DNA from: Candidatus Poribacteria bacterium | GTDB taxonomy: Bacteria > Poribacteria > WGA-4E > PCPOR2b | Length of the DNA: 64,000 nt | Assembly: GCA_965215015.1 (NCBI GenBank) | Contig: OZ244042.1 | Location: forward strand, 4,608,001 to 4,672,000 | Direction: 5' to 3' | Shown here: positions 22,285-34,000 of the stretch, piece by piece | Layout of the letters: the number at the start of each line of letters is the position of its first letter | Numbering within the stretch: the stretch's first letter is position 1 | Notes under the pieces: generated by a model | What the model saw: only the letters and a program-made list of their open reading frames with translations | Database searches by the model: none | Told to the model about the DNA's origin: nothing | Program-made: the position numbers and the translations under genes

Positions 22285-23367
22285 TTATCCCATTCGGAGG
22301 CTGCGGTCCTCCAACGGTAAATTGATTCGAACATTGCCACGGCGATGGGATTCGCGTAGGCCGAGGGCAATCTCCAACGCCTCCCTGCCAAATTCGCCCG
22401 GACAGATTCGCTCTTCTCCCGTTTCAAGTGATTTGCAAACTCCTTCGATTGCATCTACCATTGAACTTCGCGGATACCAAGGGTTGGGAAACTGACATTG
22501 GATAGGCCCACCTGTTTCTGGATGGGTACTCCACAGCTCAAACTGGGCGTGGGCATTGCGTGAGACGATACGCCCTCTTTCACCGATAAATTCGAGCGTC
22601 CATGTGTGCCCTGAAGTTTCAGATTGGGTATTCATCACAGCGCGGACACCGTTCTCGTAGACGATATATCCCGATCCTGAGAGGTCGCTATCCCCCGCAG
22701 CACTCTCTTCGCTGTCCATTACGCCAAAGACCCACTGTGCGGGAGCATCGGCAAACAGGCGAAGGAGCGCGAACGTATGACTGTGCAGATTTGAGAGACT
22801 GGCTGGACTGTGGCAGATCATCGATCTCAAATTACCGATGGCACCGTCAGCAATTGCTTGACGAGCGTTTGTGTACCAGTTGTACCAGTTGAGGTGACAC
22901 GCAATGGCGAGGATGACCCCGCGCTTGTGGCAGGCCTCAATCATCGCGTCCGCTTCGGCCAGGGTGCGGCACATCGGTTTCGTGGCATAGATTGCCTTGA
23001 CACCCGCTTCTGCTAAGCCGATAGTGACCTCCGCACGGGGTTCGGGACGGGTTGTTAGGCAGACGATGTCCGGCTGTTCCTTTTCCACCATCTCCCGGTA
23101 ATCAGTATAAAGGGCTTCGACGCCCCAACGTCGCTTGAAGTCATCCAGTTTGGTTGGATCCACATCAACGGCAGCAATGAGATCCACTCCCCGCGCCTCA
23201 ATCATTGCTGGGGCGTGCGCCCAGGGCCAGGGATAGTGTGGCATTCCGATATGCTCGTCGTCAATCGTGCTGCCCATTCTGCCACATCCAACAACTGCAC
23301 CACGATAGGTACGTTGAGGTTTGCTCTCGTGAATGACGCGAAATGCTTCGCCTTTGGGTTCAGCCAT
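22285..23367 (-). CDS. Gfo/Idh/MocA family oxidoreductase
   Basis: VVGCGRMG and AIYATKPM. Confidence 0.85.
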   Translation of the reverse strand: MAEPKGEAFRVIHESKPQRTYRGAVVGCGRMGSTIDDEHIGMPHYPWPWAHAPAMIEARGVDLIAAVDVDPTKLDDFKRRWGVEALYTDYREMVEKEQPDIVCLTTRPEPRAEVTIGLAEAGVKAIYATKPMCRTLAEADAMIEACHKRGVILAIACHLNWYNWYTNARQAIADGAIGNLRSMICHSPASLSNLHSHTFALLRLFADAPAQWVFGVMDSEESAAGDSDLSGSGYIVYENGVRAVMNTQSETSGHTWTLEFIGERGRIVSRNAHAQFELWSTHPETGGPIQCQFPNPWYPRSSMVDAIEGVCKSLETGEERICPGEFGREALEIALGLRESHRRGNVRINLPLEDRSLRMG

Positions 23368-23441
23368 GAGATTTTCCTTTCGATATCAGTTTTGGAAACC
23401 AGTGCGTAAAGCATGAACCCAAAGCGCAAAGTACCCATTTC

Positions 23442-24146
23442 TTACGCCTCACGCTCTACACTTGACGCCTTCTCTGACTCGTTTCCAAGTTTTGCTTTCA
23501 GTGCTGCGAGGTCATCCTCAACGTTGCCGTTTTCCTCCAACGCTGCGAACTCATCTTCAAGAGTATCCTTCTCAAAATCAGCCATTTCGACAGCGGCATC
23601 CGCCCTGGCTTCCATATCACCGACCTTCTGCTCCATCCGATCGAAGGTGTCAAAGGCACTGCTATCTTTCATCCCCGCCATCGTTTCATGGATCTGCTTT
23701 TGTGCTTTGGCGCGCTTCTGGCGTGCGATCAGCAGATACTTCTTACGGTTGGCTTCTCCAATCTTCAGTTCTAGGGCTCTCAAATGTTCCTTGAGTTGGT
23801 CAACAGCTTGTCGCTGCTTGTCCCATTGGATTTTGTATTCATCCGCGAGCTGCTGCCCCTCATTTCGTCGTGCCAAGGCTTCTCGCGCTAAGTCATCCCG
23901 TTCTTTCTGAACGGCGATGGTGGCTTTCCCTTCCCACTGTTTGGCTTGTTCGGCGGCCTCCTGATACTGTCTCTGAAGACGCTTTTCATCGGCAATTGCG
24001 GCAGCTACCTTCTGTTTTGTATCAATCAGCTGCTCGTTCATTTCGATGGTAACTTGGTTGAGAACCTTTTCCGGGTCCTCCGCCTTGGTCAAGGCATCGT
24101 TCACATTGGCTTTGAAGACTGTAGAGATTCGACTGAAGACGCTCAT
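23442..24146 (-). CDS. pspA: PspA/IM30 family protein
   Basis: MSVFSRISTVFKANVN..L.KAEDPEK; coiled coil; DDLAALKAKLG. Confidence 0.92.
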   Translation of the reverse strand: MSVFSRISTVFKANVNDALTKAEDPEKVLNQVTIEMNEQLIDTKQKVAAAIADEKRLQRQYQEAAEQAKQWEGKATIAVQKERDDLAREALARRNEGQQLADEYKIQWDKQRQAVDQLKEHLRALELKIGEANRKKYLLIARQKRAKAQKQIHETMAGMKDSSAFDTFDRMEQKVGDMEARADAAVEMADFEKDTLEDEFAALEENGNVEDDLAALKAKLGNESEKASSVEREA

Positions 24147-24619
24147 TCTAATATCCCTCCGTATCATAGGTTGCAATTTAAGTTAATTGGACCGCTGGGC
24201 GGTTCATAAAATCGCTTTTGATGATGCAAGGGAATTGCCATTCAGTCTTATTCGAGTTTACCTTTATTATTTATAATAAGTATAATAGCGAATTTGTGCC
24301 TCATTGTCAATCAGTTTCTGGGGTTCATGTGCCCCAGCGTTTTGTGAGTTGATATGTGACCACCCTAATTTTTCACGTTCTAGCTTTGTCTCGTTTCTTG
24401 GCAAAGTATCTCACACATCCAAATATCTAAAACCGTATCAACACTAAAGACATAAAAAAGAAGATAAGTGAGTTTTTTCTGAAACTTGCCCTTGATACTT
24501 AACGTATGTTATGGTAAAATAATGTCCATCACCTCATTTTTTTAAGCAACTTTATATAATAACGTATAAATCTCAACACGCCCTAGCAACTCAGTTAACC
24601 TCACACATGGAGGATAGAT

Positions 24620-25306
24620 ATGGAACTCGGTTCAATTCACGATGCGGCAGCCAACGGTGACCTCGATGCAGTAAAGAAAATCGTTGAGCAGGATCCCTCA
24701 CTGGTTAATCAAGATGACAAATATGAGTGGCGTCCGATATTTCACGCAGGATTAAGACGCCATTACGATATTGTTAAATATCTAATAGATTGCGGCGCGG
24801 ATTTGGCAGCGCATGATGGTTATGTGATTCACTACGCTGGAGAGGTGCCAAATAATAAGGAAGTTGTATCATTGCTCATTGCGTATGGGGGGTTGGATGC
24901 CCATACCAAACCGTCAAGCGAAGTTGCTCGCCAGTTCATATACGCTGTGTTCTTAGCCAATTCGGGACGGGTCAACGCAATGCTGCGTGATGACCCGAAG
25001 TTGGTCCAAGAACGCTACGCTCGTAGCGATACAGCATTGCACCATGCTACTCGAAATGGGGACTTGGAAATTGTGAAGCAGTTGGTTAGCAGTGGTGCGG
25101 ATGTCAACGCCATAGCGGATCAAGGTCATTTTCCGCTGTACTGTGCAGCCGGTCATGGGCATGTAGACACGACGCGGTATCTAGTAGAAAATGGCGCAGA
25201 TTTACAAGCAACGCTTGCGGATGGCAAAACAGTCATTGAATGGCTAAAACAGTATGCGGATCATGACCGTCGCTTGAAATCCACTCTGGATGTATTGGAG
25301 AGATAA
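24620..25306 (+). CDS. Ankyrin repeat protein
   Basis: IHDAAANGDL, TALHHATRNGDLEIVKQLVSSGADVN, PLYCAAGHGH. Confidence 0.92.
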   Translation: MELGSIHDAAANGDLDAVKKIVEQDPSLVNQDDKYEWRPIFHAGLRRHYDIVKYLIDCGADLAAHDGYVIHYAGEVPNNKEVVSLLIAYGGLDAHTKPSSEVARQFIYAVFLANSGRVNAMLRDDPKLVQERYARSDTALHHATRNGDLEIVKQLVSSGADVNAIADQGHFPLYCAAGHGHVDTTRYLVENGADLQATLADGKTVIEWLKQYADHDRRLKSTLDVLER

Positions 25307-25329
25307 TTTACCTTATTCGACGCACATTG

Positions 25330-25608
25330 CTAGGGCGTGTTGACATTTTGCTGGCGTCAATTAGAAATCTATTAAATGTTAACAATTCGTAGGTTGAGCT
25401 TGCTAGCCCAATCGATGTGCAGTAGGTTAAGATTCACATCTCGACAAAACACCCGGACTATAGCGCAATGTTCTCGGTATTTTCGATTTTGGAAAATCAA
25501 CCGACAAAAGTCTCAAGTTGCTTTGAATCCCGATCTTATCGGGGGTATCAGATCCAAGATTCTCAGAACGGAGATGAGTTCAATCCGTCACATGTCAACA
25601 GAACCTAG
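25330..25608. mobile_element. MITE-like element with CTAG ends (IS5-like)
   Basis: Left end CTAGGGCGTGTTGACAT and right end ATGTCAACAGAACCTAG form a 14/17 inverted match. No transposase. Confidence 0.65.
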
Positions 25609-25872
25609 TTGATAAACTAAGGAGGAGCGATCTACGAATCGCGACTAGCTCAATAGTTGGGAATTGGCATTCCCTCCTACACAAAACACAGTAGGGGGCG
25701 TATGAATTGCTCACGCTACAACTATCACGATAAAATAAACAGCTTGATCCACTAGCATACGAAAGTTACGGCATACGGAGTATGTCCACTAGTAGCAACT
25801 TGGATTCTGATACCTTGATGAGATTTGATCCTACAGGTTTTTATTACAAGCATTGATATGGGGAGAGATATA

Positions 25873-26619
25873 GTGAAGGAGATTGATGTACTGCATCATG
25901 CAATCGAGGTGTTCGCCCGTGGTTTCTGTTTTACCCAAAGTTTTACACACCCTTATCTGGCAGAGCGCGTTGGAGAGATTTGGGTGGTACGCGATGCACC
26001 GCGAAAGCGCGGGAACTACCGTAGAGAGGAATGGATTGCACACGGGGTAACACCAGAGGTGATTGACGAGACTGCCCGCAAACACACGCGTGGTCGATTC
26101 GCCGTATGTGCGATTTACGGTGTTCATGAATCCGATCAGCCGCTGCGAGCAGGTTTCAAAGCGCTCAACTATAGACTGGGGAGGACAGAGCCTATAATGG
26201 TGCACGAGTTGAAACGGATTCCACGTTTTGATAACCCCGTGGAGATTGCGCGCGTTACTACAGAGGCTTTGGCGGCCCAACTAAATAAAGCGGCACGGTC
26301 GCGCCAAGTTCTGCCCGAACATTTGGCGAAAAATTCGCCGTTGCGTCAATACGTCGCGCTAGCCGACGATAGGCCGGTGGGGTGGGTTCGCAGCATTGAT
26401 GTGAAGCAGGCTACTTGGTGCACTGATGTGTATGTGGTGCCCGAGTTCCGGCGTCGTGGTATCGCTCGGGCGATGATGATTCAAATGCTGCGTGACGATC
26501 GCGCTCACGGCTCGAAATTAGCGGTGCTTACTGCCAGCCACACGGGTGCTAAACTGTATCCACTTGTGGGATATAAACAGATCGGCATGCTCATGTTGTA
26601 CACACCTAAGAAGAGTTAG
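25873..26619 (+). CDS. GNAT family N-acetyltransferase
   Basis: VYVVPEFRRRGIA motif A, LYPLVGY; GTG start after GGGAGAG. Confidence 0.85.
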   Translation: MKEIDVLHHAIEVFARGFCFTQSFTHPYLAERVGEIWVVRDAPRKRGNYRREEWIAHGVTPEVIDETARKHTRGRFAVCAIYGVHESDQPLRAGFKALNYRLGRTEPIMVHELKRIPRFDNPVEIARVTTEALAAQLNKAARSRQVLPEHLAKNSPLRQYVALADDRPVGWVRSIDVKQATWCTDVYVVPEFRRRGIARAMMIQMLRDDRAHGSKLAVLTASHTGAKLYPLVGYKQIGMLMLYTPKKS

Positions 26620-26857
26620 CCTCACCGGCCTTGTTGTCCATTTTTTAACTGCAACTCCCGAAATTGGTGGTACTATCTAATTGAGGGGTGCTCATAAGTA
26701 GGTTTTGATGCGTATACTTCTCAACACCTCTCCAGGCGTCGGGGACGGCTCTCCTAACCCGTCGGGTTTGGGAACCAGGCCCCTACGATTGACCCAGGCA
26801 CCCTCGCTTGAATTATGCATGCTCCTCATCTAATCATGGGGGGCGTGACGAACTCCA

Positions 26858-26885
26858 GTAGGGAACAACGATTGTTGTTCCCTAC
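26858..26885. repeat. REP-like palindrome GTAGGGAACAA...TTGTTCCCTAC
   Basis: GTAG-initiated hairpin; relatives at 29272 and 34398. Confidence 0.7.
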
Positions 26886-26988
26886 AAAGCAGAACCGGTG
26901 CCTAAGGACCTCGAGTGTTCAACTGCGTAAATCCTATATGGATTACAAGGTGACACGTCAATGCGGTTTTGGTTTTCAAGGGCCCTAC

Positions 26989-28338
26989 CTAATAACGCAG
27001 CCACTTCCATAGCTCACCTACTGTCGGCCGTTTACCATACATCAGTATGCCAATTTTGTATATTTTTCCCATGGCCAAGATGGCCCCAAAGGTTGTCGCA
27101 ATCATCACGGTAATATTGAGTATAATTTCCCATAACGGCGGAGTAAGTACGTTGATTCTCATGAACATAATCAGCGGAGAGAAGAGGGGGAAATGTGAGA
27201 GGGCTATTGCCAATGTGGAGTCTGGGGCGCGAAATAGACCGAACATCAGCATCAGGGGAATAATTAAGCTCATCACGAGAGGGGTTGCGACTTGTTGTGC
27301 TTCCTCTTCGCTGTTGCATATGGCACCGGCAACGGCATAGAGGGTAGAAAAGAGAAAGAAGCCCGATACGAAATAGACTAGAAAATACAAAAATGCTGAT
27401 ACTCCTGTTGATTTGATAATACTAGTGATTTCAATAAGCTCCGATGGTAGTTCCTGTATTCCAAATAGCCCCAAAATAGGGTTGATATTCATCAATAGTA
27501 GACTGGCACAACCGGCCCATATCAAGAACATAGTGAGGCACACTAAACAGACACCGATGATTTTTCCAAGCAGTAATTGATGGGGCTTGATAGAAGAGAT
27601 AATCACTTCCACGATACGAGTTGTTTTCTCTTCGAGCACACTCCGCATCACTGAGGCACCATATAACAACGTAAAAAGATATAAGGAGAAAGTCAAAACG
27701 TAAGTCAACCCTAATTTGACTATGGCTGTCTCTTGGCTTTCGACCTTGCTGGTTTCCTCACCTTTGACCTTTTCTGTTTTGGTTGTAACGGCGTACTCCG
27801 TAAGGCTTACTCGTCGCATCAGCTCTCTGACTTCGTGTGCAGCGTACCCTTTATCTTCAAGTCGCTTGTTGGTGACGATTTGGGAAATAACCCTGCTGAA
27901 AGCACTTTGTATCTCAAAGTTTGTGATGTTTTTCGCGTAATAGTTAACCCGGAGGCGTTCAAAGACATTCTTTGGAATTTCGATATATCCGTGAATCTCT
28001 TTCGCCTCAAGCTGCTGATTCAGTTGTTTTTTTGCCTCTACATTGCCGTTAAAATCCGAGGATTTCTCAACCAACTGATACACTCGCTTTCCTTTATGGT
28101 GGAAAAACGGATTGTCGTCAAGTGCTCCCTGCATTTTGGAGAAGATCTCCCCTGTTTCATCAAAAACGACAAAGGTTTTGATCTCATCGGATTTATGCTG
28201 CAATGTCATCATCAGACTGGGAAGGACCATCACAATAAACATCATCACCGGCATCAATAGGATTGATGCCACAAACCCCTTCGTTTTGACCCGCGTTATG
28301 TATTCTCTCTTGATGACTGTAATGACCTTACGCTGCAC
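26989..28338 (-). CDS. ABC-2 type exporter permease (NatB-like)
   Basis: REYITRVKTKGF, EEKTTRIVEVIISS, LLLGKI; multiple TM helices. Confidence 0.9.
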   Translation of the reverse strand: MQRKVITVIKREYITRVKTKGFVASILLMPVMMFIVMVLPSLMMTLQHKSDEIKTFVVFDETGEIFSKMQGALDDNPFFHHKGKRVYQLVEKSSDFNGNVEAKKQLNQQLEAKEIHGYIEIPKNVFERLRVNYYAKNITNFEIQSAFSRVISQIVTNKRLEDKGYAAHEVRELMRRVSLTEYAVTTKTEKVKGEETSKVESQETAIVKLGLTYVLTFSLYLFTLLYGASVMRSVLEEKTTRIVEVIISSIKPHQLLLGKIIGVCLVCLTMFLIWAGCASLLLMNINPILGLFGIQELPSELIEITSIIKSTGVSAFLYFLVYFVSGFFLFSTLYAVAGAICNSEEEAQQVATPLVMSLIIPLMLMFGLFRAPDSTLAIALSHFPLFSPLIMFMRINVLTPPLWEIILNITVMIATTFGAILAMGKIYKIGILMYGKRPTVGELWKWLRY

Positions 28339-29257
28339 TTGGCTGTTCTCCTTCCCCTTTCACACTTTGAACAAATATCTCATGAAGTGTGGGCTCCATT
28401 AGTTCAAATCGGGTGATGTCCACCGATGCCTCGACCAGTTCCTGTAAGAGGGCCCTATAGTGTTCTGGAGCGTGCAGCTTAACCTCCACGTATTGACCAA
28501 AGTCATTACATCTTTCGACAAATCGAGAGTTTTTAATTAGGTCAATGTTTCCTGAATACCCAATCTCCACCGAGCTCCGACCGAAGGATTTTTTGATTTC
28601 TCGTAAATCTCCTTCAAGCACAATTTTGCCAGCATTTACCAAACAAATCTTTTCACACAGTTTCTCTGCCTGCTCCATAATATGTGTAGAGAAAATGATA
28701 GTTGCGCCGTTGGTGTTGAGTTCAAGCATTAAGTCCTTCAACAGCGTCATATTGATGGGATCTAGACCGGAGAACGGTTCATCGAGGATAATAAGCTCAG
28801 GTTTGTGGATGACGGTGGTGATGAATTGGATCTTCTGCGCCATGCCCTTCGATAGCTCTTCAATCTTCTTACTTTCCCACTCGACCAGATCCATCTTCTG
28901 CAGCCAGTAATCTATTTCATTAGAGACGTTTGCACGGTCCAGCCCTCTTAATTCTGCCATGAAAAGGATTACGTCTCTCACCTTCATCTTTCTATAAAGG
29001 CCCCGTTCTTCCGGCAGATAGCCGATTTGATCCGCAAAATCTTCACTCTGCTGATTGCGGTTGAAGGTAATCTTCCCTGAATCCGGCGCAATAATATCCA
29101 TAATCATCCGGATAGTGGTCGTTTTACCGGCACCGTTGGGCCCCAGCAGTCCATACACAGATCCTTTTTTAATATTAAAGGAAATGTTGTCAACAGCTTT
29201 GAATTCCCCAAAATGCTTGCTGACGCTTTCAACCTGCACTAAGTTCATATCGGACAC
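28328..29257 (-). CDS. ABC exporter ATP-binding protein (NatA-like)
   Basis: GPNGAGKTT, LSKGM, LDEPFSGLDP. Confidence 0.92.
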   Translation of the reverse strand: MSDMNLVQVESVSKHFGEFKAVDNISFNIKKGSVYGLLGPNGAGKTTTIRMIMDIIAPDSGKITFNRNQQSEDFADQIGYLPEERGLYRKMKVRDVILFMAELRGLDRANVSNEIDYWLQKMDLVEWESKKIEELSKGMAQKIQFITTVIHKPELIILDEPFSGLDPINMTLLKDLMLELNTNGATIIFSTHIMEQAEKLCEKICLVNAGKIVLEGDLREIKKSFGRSSVEIGYSGNIDLIKNSRFVERCNDFGQYVEVKLHAPEHYRALLQELVEASVDITRFELMEPTLHEIFVQSVKGEGEQPSAA

Positions 29258-29271
29258 CCTGTTATTCCCAA

Positions 29272-29299
29272 GTAGGGAACGCAGATCTGCGTTCCCTAC
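29272..29299. repeat. REP-like perfect palindrome
   Basis: GTAGGGAACGCAGATCTGCGTTCCCTAC. Confidence 0.75.
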
Positions 29300-29470
29300 G
29301 TTTGCTATTCTGAACCCCTGCTAGGAATCGGATTTTAGAAGCTGGCTAGGTAACGAGTTCACTAGGTAAACAAGTTTATTTCAAAGGAGCACTCACCCTT
29401 CTTTACTCATTCCGCAAAGTGTTCAACTCTGCAAAGGTTTGCAATTTTCACGAGGATACCCCCTTGTGAG

Positions 29471-30985
29471 TCAACCAAGCATCAGTGCCCCAAGCTGCGC
29501 TTCATCGGTTTCCGATGGTCGAAGGATCCCAGCGATTCGTCCGTTATACATCACCGCTATTCGGTCGCTTAAACTCAAGAGTTCTTCCAAATCTGCGGAG
29601 ATGAGTAGAATTGCCTTGGACCGGTTGCGGGCATTAATTAATTGCTGATGCACAAACCGAGCGGCATTGATATCCAACCCGCGCGTTGGGTGTGCCGCGA
29701 TAATCAATTCAGGATTGCTTTCTAACTCGCGTGCTACAACCACCTTCTGCTGATTGCCGCCGGAGAGGGAGCGAATTGGGAGATTTATGCCCCCGGCACG
29801 AATTTCGTACTTTTCAATCACGTTATCTGCAAAATGATGGGCGACTTTTCGTCTCAGCAGTCCATATCTGCAAAATGGGGGTTGATTGTGGCTGCCGAGA
29901 ATCAGATTTTCATCAACCCGGTCATCGAGACTGATGCCGTGTCGATGTCGGTCAGCGGGTAGATGTGCCACCCCTTTCCGCCGAATCTCCGTCGGTGATC
30001 GGTTAGCAATTGACTCGTCATTTAGGGTAATCGTTCCACTATCGCTTTTCCGCAATCCTGTTAGTACCTCAATGAGTTCGCTTTGCCCGTTTCCTTCCAC
30101 CCCAGCGATTCCTACAATTTCCCCTGCGAAAATGTCGAGACCAATCCCATCCAATAAGGCGCGTCCATTCTTGGCGCGAAGTGTGACATCTTCCAGATGC
30201 AGCATGGGTTGACTAGGTTTATCAGACCTTTTCTGAGTTTTTAAGTCGTTGAAAGTTTTTGTGCCAATCATCAACTCGGACAATTCAGCAGCATCCGTCC
30301 CTACTCTGGGAAGTGATGCAACGGATTTGCCGTTTCGCATCACCGTAATTGTATCGGCAACTGCTATTACTTCACTGAGTTTATGAGTAATCAGAATAAC
30401 GCTCTTTCCCTCCGCTTTCAACCCGCGCAAGCAGTTAAATAGCCCGGTAACCTCCTGTGGTGCAAGCACCGCTGTGGGTTCATCAAGGATTAAGAGTTCT
30501 GCTTCATGATAGAGGGCTTTGAGAATTTCCGCGTATTGCTGCGCGCCAATTGGGAGAGATTCCACCTTCGCATTGAGATCGAGATAAAAACCGAGTTGTT
30601 CAGCGAGAGTCGTGATGGTACGGTGTGCTGCCCCTGTGTCGAGAAGGGTTTTGAATCGGCGCGGTTCTTTCGCCAAGACGATATTTTCAAGGGCAGTCAA
30701 CGCGGGGATAAGGGTGAAGTGCTGCTGCACCATGCCAATACCGAGTTGAATGGCAATACGAGGATTGTCAATACGAACCAGCTCATCCCGAAAGTAAATC
30801 TCCCCGTCGCTCGGTTGATAGAGCCCATAGAGAATCTTCATCAACGTTGATTTGCCGGCACCATTTTCCCCAACGAGGGCGTGGATCTCACCACCCTGTA
30901 GCAAGAAATTTACCCGGTCGTTCGCCAGAACTTTGCCAAAGCGTTTGGTGATACCGTACATTTTGATGAGCGGCGCAGTGGTCAT
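29471..30985 (-). CDS. Sugar/nucleoside (CUT2) ABC transporter ATP-binding protein, duplicated domain
   Basis: GENGAGKST, LDEPTAVL, GVEGNGQ, LSGGNQQK, PTRGLD. Confidence 0.92.
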   Translation of the reverse strand: MTTAPLIKMYGITKRFGKVLANDRVNFLLQGGEIHALVGENGAGKSTLMKILYGLYQPSDGEIYFRDELVRIDNPRIAIQLGIGMVQQHFTLIPALTALENIVLAKEPRRFKTLLDTGAAHRTITTLAEQLGFYLDLNAKVESLPIGAQQYAEILKALYHEAELLILDEPTAVLAPQEVTGLFNCLRGLKAEGKSVILITHKLSEVIAVADTITVMRNGKSVASLPRVGTDAAELSELMIGTKTFNDLKTQKRSDKPSQPMLHLEDVTLRAKNGRALLDGIGLDIFAGEIVGIAGVEGNGQSELIEVLTGLRKSDSGTITLNDESIANRSPTEIRRKGVAHLPADRHRHGISLDDRVDENLILGSHNQPPFCRYGLLRRKVAHHFADNVIEKYEIRAGGINLPIRSLSGGNQQKVVVARELESNPELIIAAHPTRGLDINAARFVHQQLINARNRSKAILLISADLEELLSLSDRIAVMYNGRIAGILRPSETDEAQLGALMLG

Positions 30986-31025
30986 AGATAGAGTTTAGGG
31001 ATTTGAGGGGTGGGTGGATAGGGTT

Positions 31026-34000
31026 TTATCTTTTACCTTTCCTACCACGGTGCCAATGTTCAATCAGGTTGGAGGGAATTTCGCGAAGGAACATAGAGCT
31101 TCCTCGCTCATAGTCGTCCTTGCGGCGGATGACCGATGTGAGGTAAAGCCGCTCCTGAGCGCGGGTCATTCCCACGTAGAAGAGGCGACGTTCCTCTTCA
31201 AGTTCCGATAGCGGCTGTCCCTTGCGCCGAATCGGGAATGTCCCGTCCTCCAGTCCCATGATTATCACGACCGGAAACTCTGTTCCCTTTGCTGCATGCA
31301 GTGTCATCAACGTAATCTTATCCGCTTCAATCTCCATTTCATCGGCACTGTTGATTAGCTTCTGATAATCGAGAAAATCGGTGAGGCGTCTTTCAACACT
31401 GGTCGTTTCAAAATGTAAAACGCCGTTCATGAATCTTGCGCGTCTCGCTTCCCAATCCCTGTCTTCCGGGGATTCTTCAATCTGTGTCTGAGTCAGCGTT
31501 TTGATGAAATCTTGAACCAATTGTTGCTCCGTGGGTTGCAGGTCTACGTCGATCCAATCTAATGCCGGACGATGTGTCCGAACATAGCGCGCAGCAGCTT
31601 GGTAGAAGGTCTGTATTCCGCCTTCAGTTCCTTCCTCTATTCCGAGGTACTGTCTGCTCTCTTGTGCAGCAAGTATTCCAATCCCGACCAATGGTAGAAG
31701 TTCGGGCAGAGATCTTACTTCACGGCGGCGCAGATCCTCTTTAATGAGTTCATCAAACACGCGGCGTGTGACATACACGTCCTCAATCGCTCGATGCATG
31801 GTGTCGTGTTTGATATCGAATTTACTGGCGAGTGCTTCTAAATTATAGCTTTCGCGTGGATAGAGCCGTTGCGCCGTGGCAAGGGTATCGTAGTAAGGGT
31901 TGGAAAGCCCACGTTTCAGATAGCGTCCGAGATCGCGTTCAAGCACGAGATTATCAAACTCAGCGATATTATGTCCGATAAGGATTCGATCTTGGATGAA
32001 GCTCAGGAACTGTGGCAGCACCGTCTCAATGCCCGGCTCATTCGCCACAGTTTCGTTGTCAATACCGTGGATACGCATACTCGATTGCGGAATCCTCCCC
32101 GTTGGTTTGACTAGTTGATAGTAACGTTCAAGCTCACTACCGATTGCGCTCAAGCGATTTGCACCGACTTCAATAATCTCCGCACTTTTAGGGTTATTGT
32201 CTATCGTTTCGAGGTCGTAGACGATCATGTCCGCGCAGTTTGGTCTTTCAAAATTACTCAACAGTCGTTGGCACAGTTTTAACGCGGTAACACTGCGAGA
32301 TTGGGTGAGTCGTGATTGATTGAGTTGGAGAACGTTTGCATCTGCGTTGACCGCGGATCCGATCAAGATTGTTGTATCTTCGCGTTCAAGCAGGTCTCCA
32401 AAGTCTCCGATTAGGATGTTGACTCCACTTTCAACCGTTGTTGGGTTTAAAGGTGAACCGGGAGGTAGTAGATCTATATAAATGGAAAGGTCAAGGTACC
32501 GCGCTAGGGTGTTCCTGATGATGTGGGCAGCACAGTAGGAATCAACCCCGTAGCTTGCCATCAGATAGATGGGGTCCTCGCGGTTAATTGCACTATACAG
32601 GATATCTGTCGCAGCGCGGAGGCCGGGGATTTCCGGTTGATTCTCAATCTCGTGCACGTCTTCTGACTGGTAGGGGCTGCGTCTGTGTGCAAGGAGATTA
32701 AAGAGTTTGTTGACAATTGTGTGGATCTTCTCCCCTTCGATCCCCTCATGAAAATTATCAAGCTGTTGGAAAAATTGCCGCACATTCCAACGGGTGAGGG
32801 GACCTACATCATTCGGATAGTCCTCAATTTTTCTGAGCAATGCAATTAAGGTGATACCTTTCTGTTGTGCAAGCCACTTCAACCGGACCAACGTCAAGTC
32901 GTCAATTAGCCGCTGTGGAAAATTGACTGCCATTTCAATATCGCGGGGAAGTTCCCACTGGATGGAGTTCAGGTAGGAGAGAATCCTTTGTGCGTGTTCC
33001 TCGTGAAAGGAGTTAACTCGCCCAATGCGCTGAAACCCGATACGCTCTTGGTGCAGCCAATCAACTAACGTCTCTGCTAATTGGTGGGTACGGTAGAAAA
33101 CCGCGATGTCACCGTATGAGCAGTATCGTCCCTCCACAAGTTTCCGAATCAACGTGATGATATGGTTTGCTTCTGCATCAGGGGTGTCTAGCGTGTAGTG
33201 ATAGAGGGTGTTTCCAGCGTCCTTATGCGTTTTCAGAACGCTCTCTTTCTGACGTGTGTTTTTGGCGATCACCGCCCCTGCGGCTCGCAGAATCTTCTCG
33301 CTGCACCGATAATGCTCCTCTAACTCAACCACTACTGGGTTGAAATCTTCTTTGAACTGTTCAATATATTGGGGACTGGAACCGCGCCAGCTATAGATGG
33401 ATTGATCCCCATCCGCGACGACCATCATGTTATGTTGAGGCGCGCGGGAAAGGAGTTTGAGCAAGGTATACTGTGCGGCGTTGATATCTTGGTATTCATC
33501 AACGAGGATGAAGCGGATGTCGTTGTGGTACTTTGCACGAACATCAGGCACCTGTTCAAGCACTTCGACTGACTTAGAGATTAGATCATCAAAGTCGAGC
33601 GCGTTATGAGAAGCGAGCTTTGTCTGATAGGCTTTGAGTAGGTCAGCAATATCTTGCACTTGCACTGGGTCGTCGATAACTGTTCCATCGCCTAGCCAAA
33701 TTTCATCTTGATCAGCGGTTGGATCTTCCAACCTCATCTTGTATGTGCCGATGATGTTACGCAGCATCCAAGGGGGATAGGCAATCCGATTTTGACGAAG
33801 TTCGCGTAGGCATTCGATCAACACTTCGTCCTGTGTCTCCTGACTGAAAATTACAAAGTTTACCCCTAAGCCAATCTGCTCCGCGTGTTCGCGGAGCAGA
33901 CGGACGCAAAAGGCGTGAAAGGTGTGGATACGGACTTCCAACCCTTGCGTTGTACCGAGCAGCTCTTTGATCCGATTAAGCATCTCCTGTGCGGCCTTGT

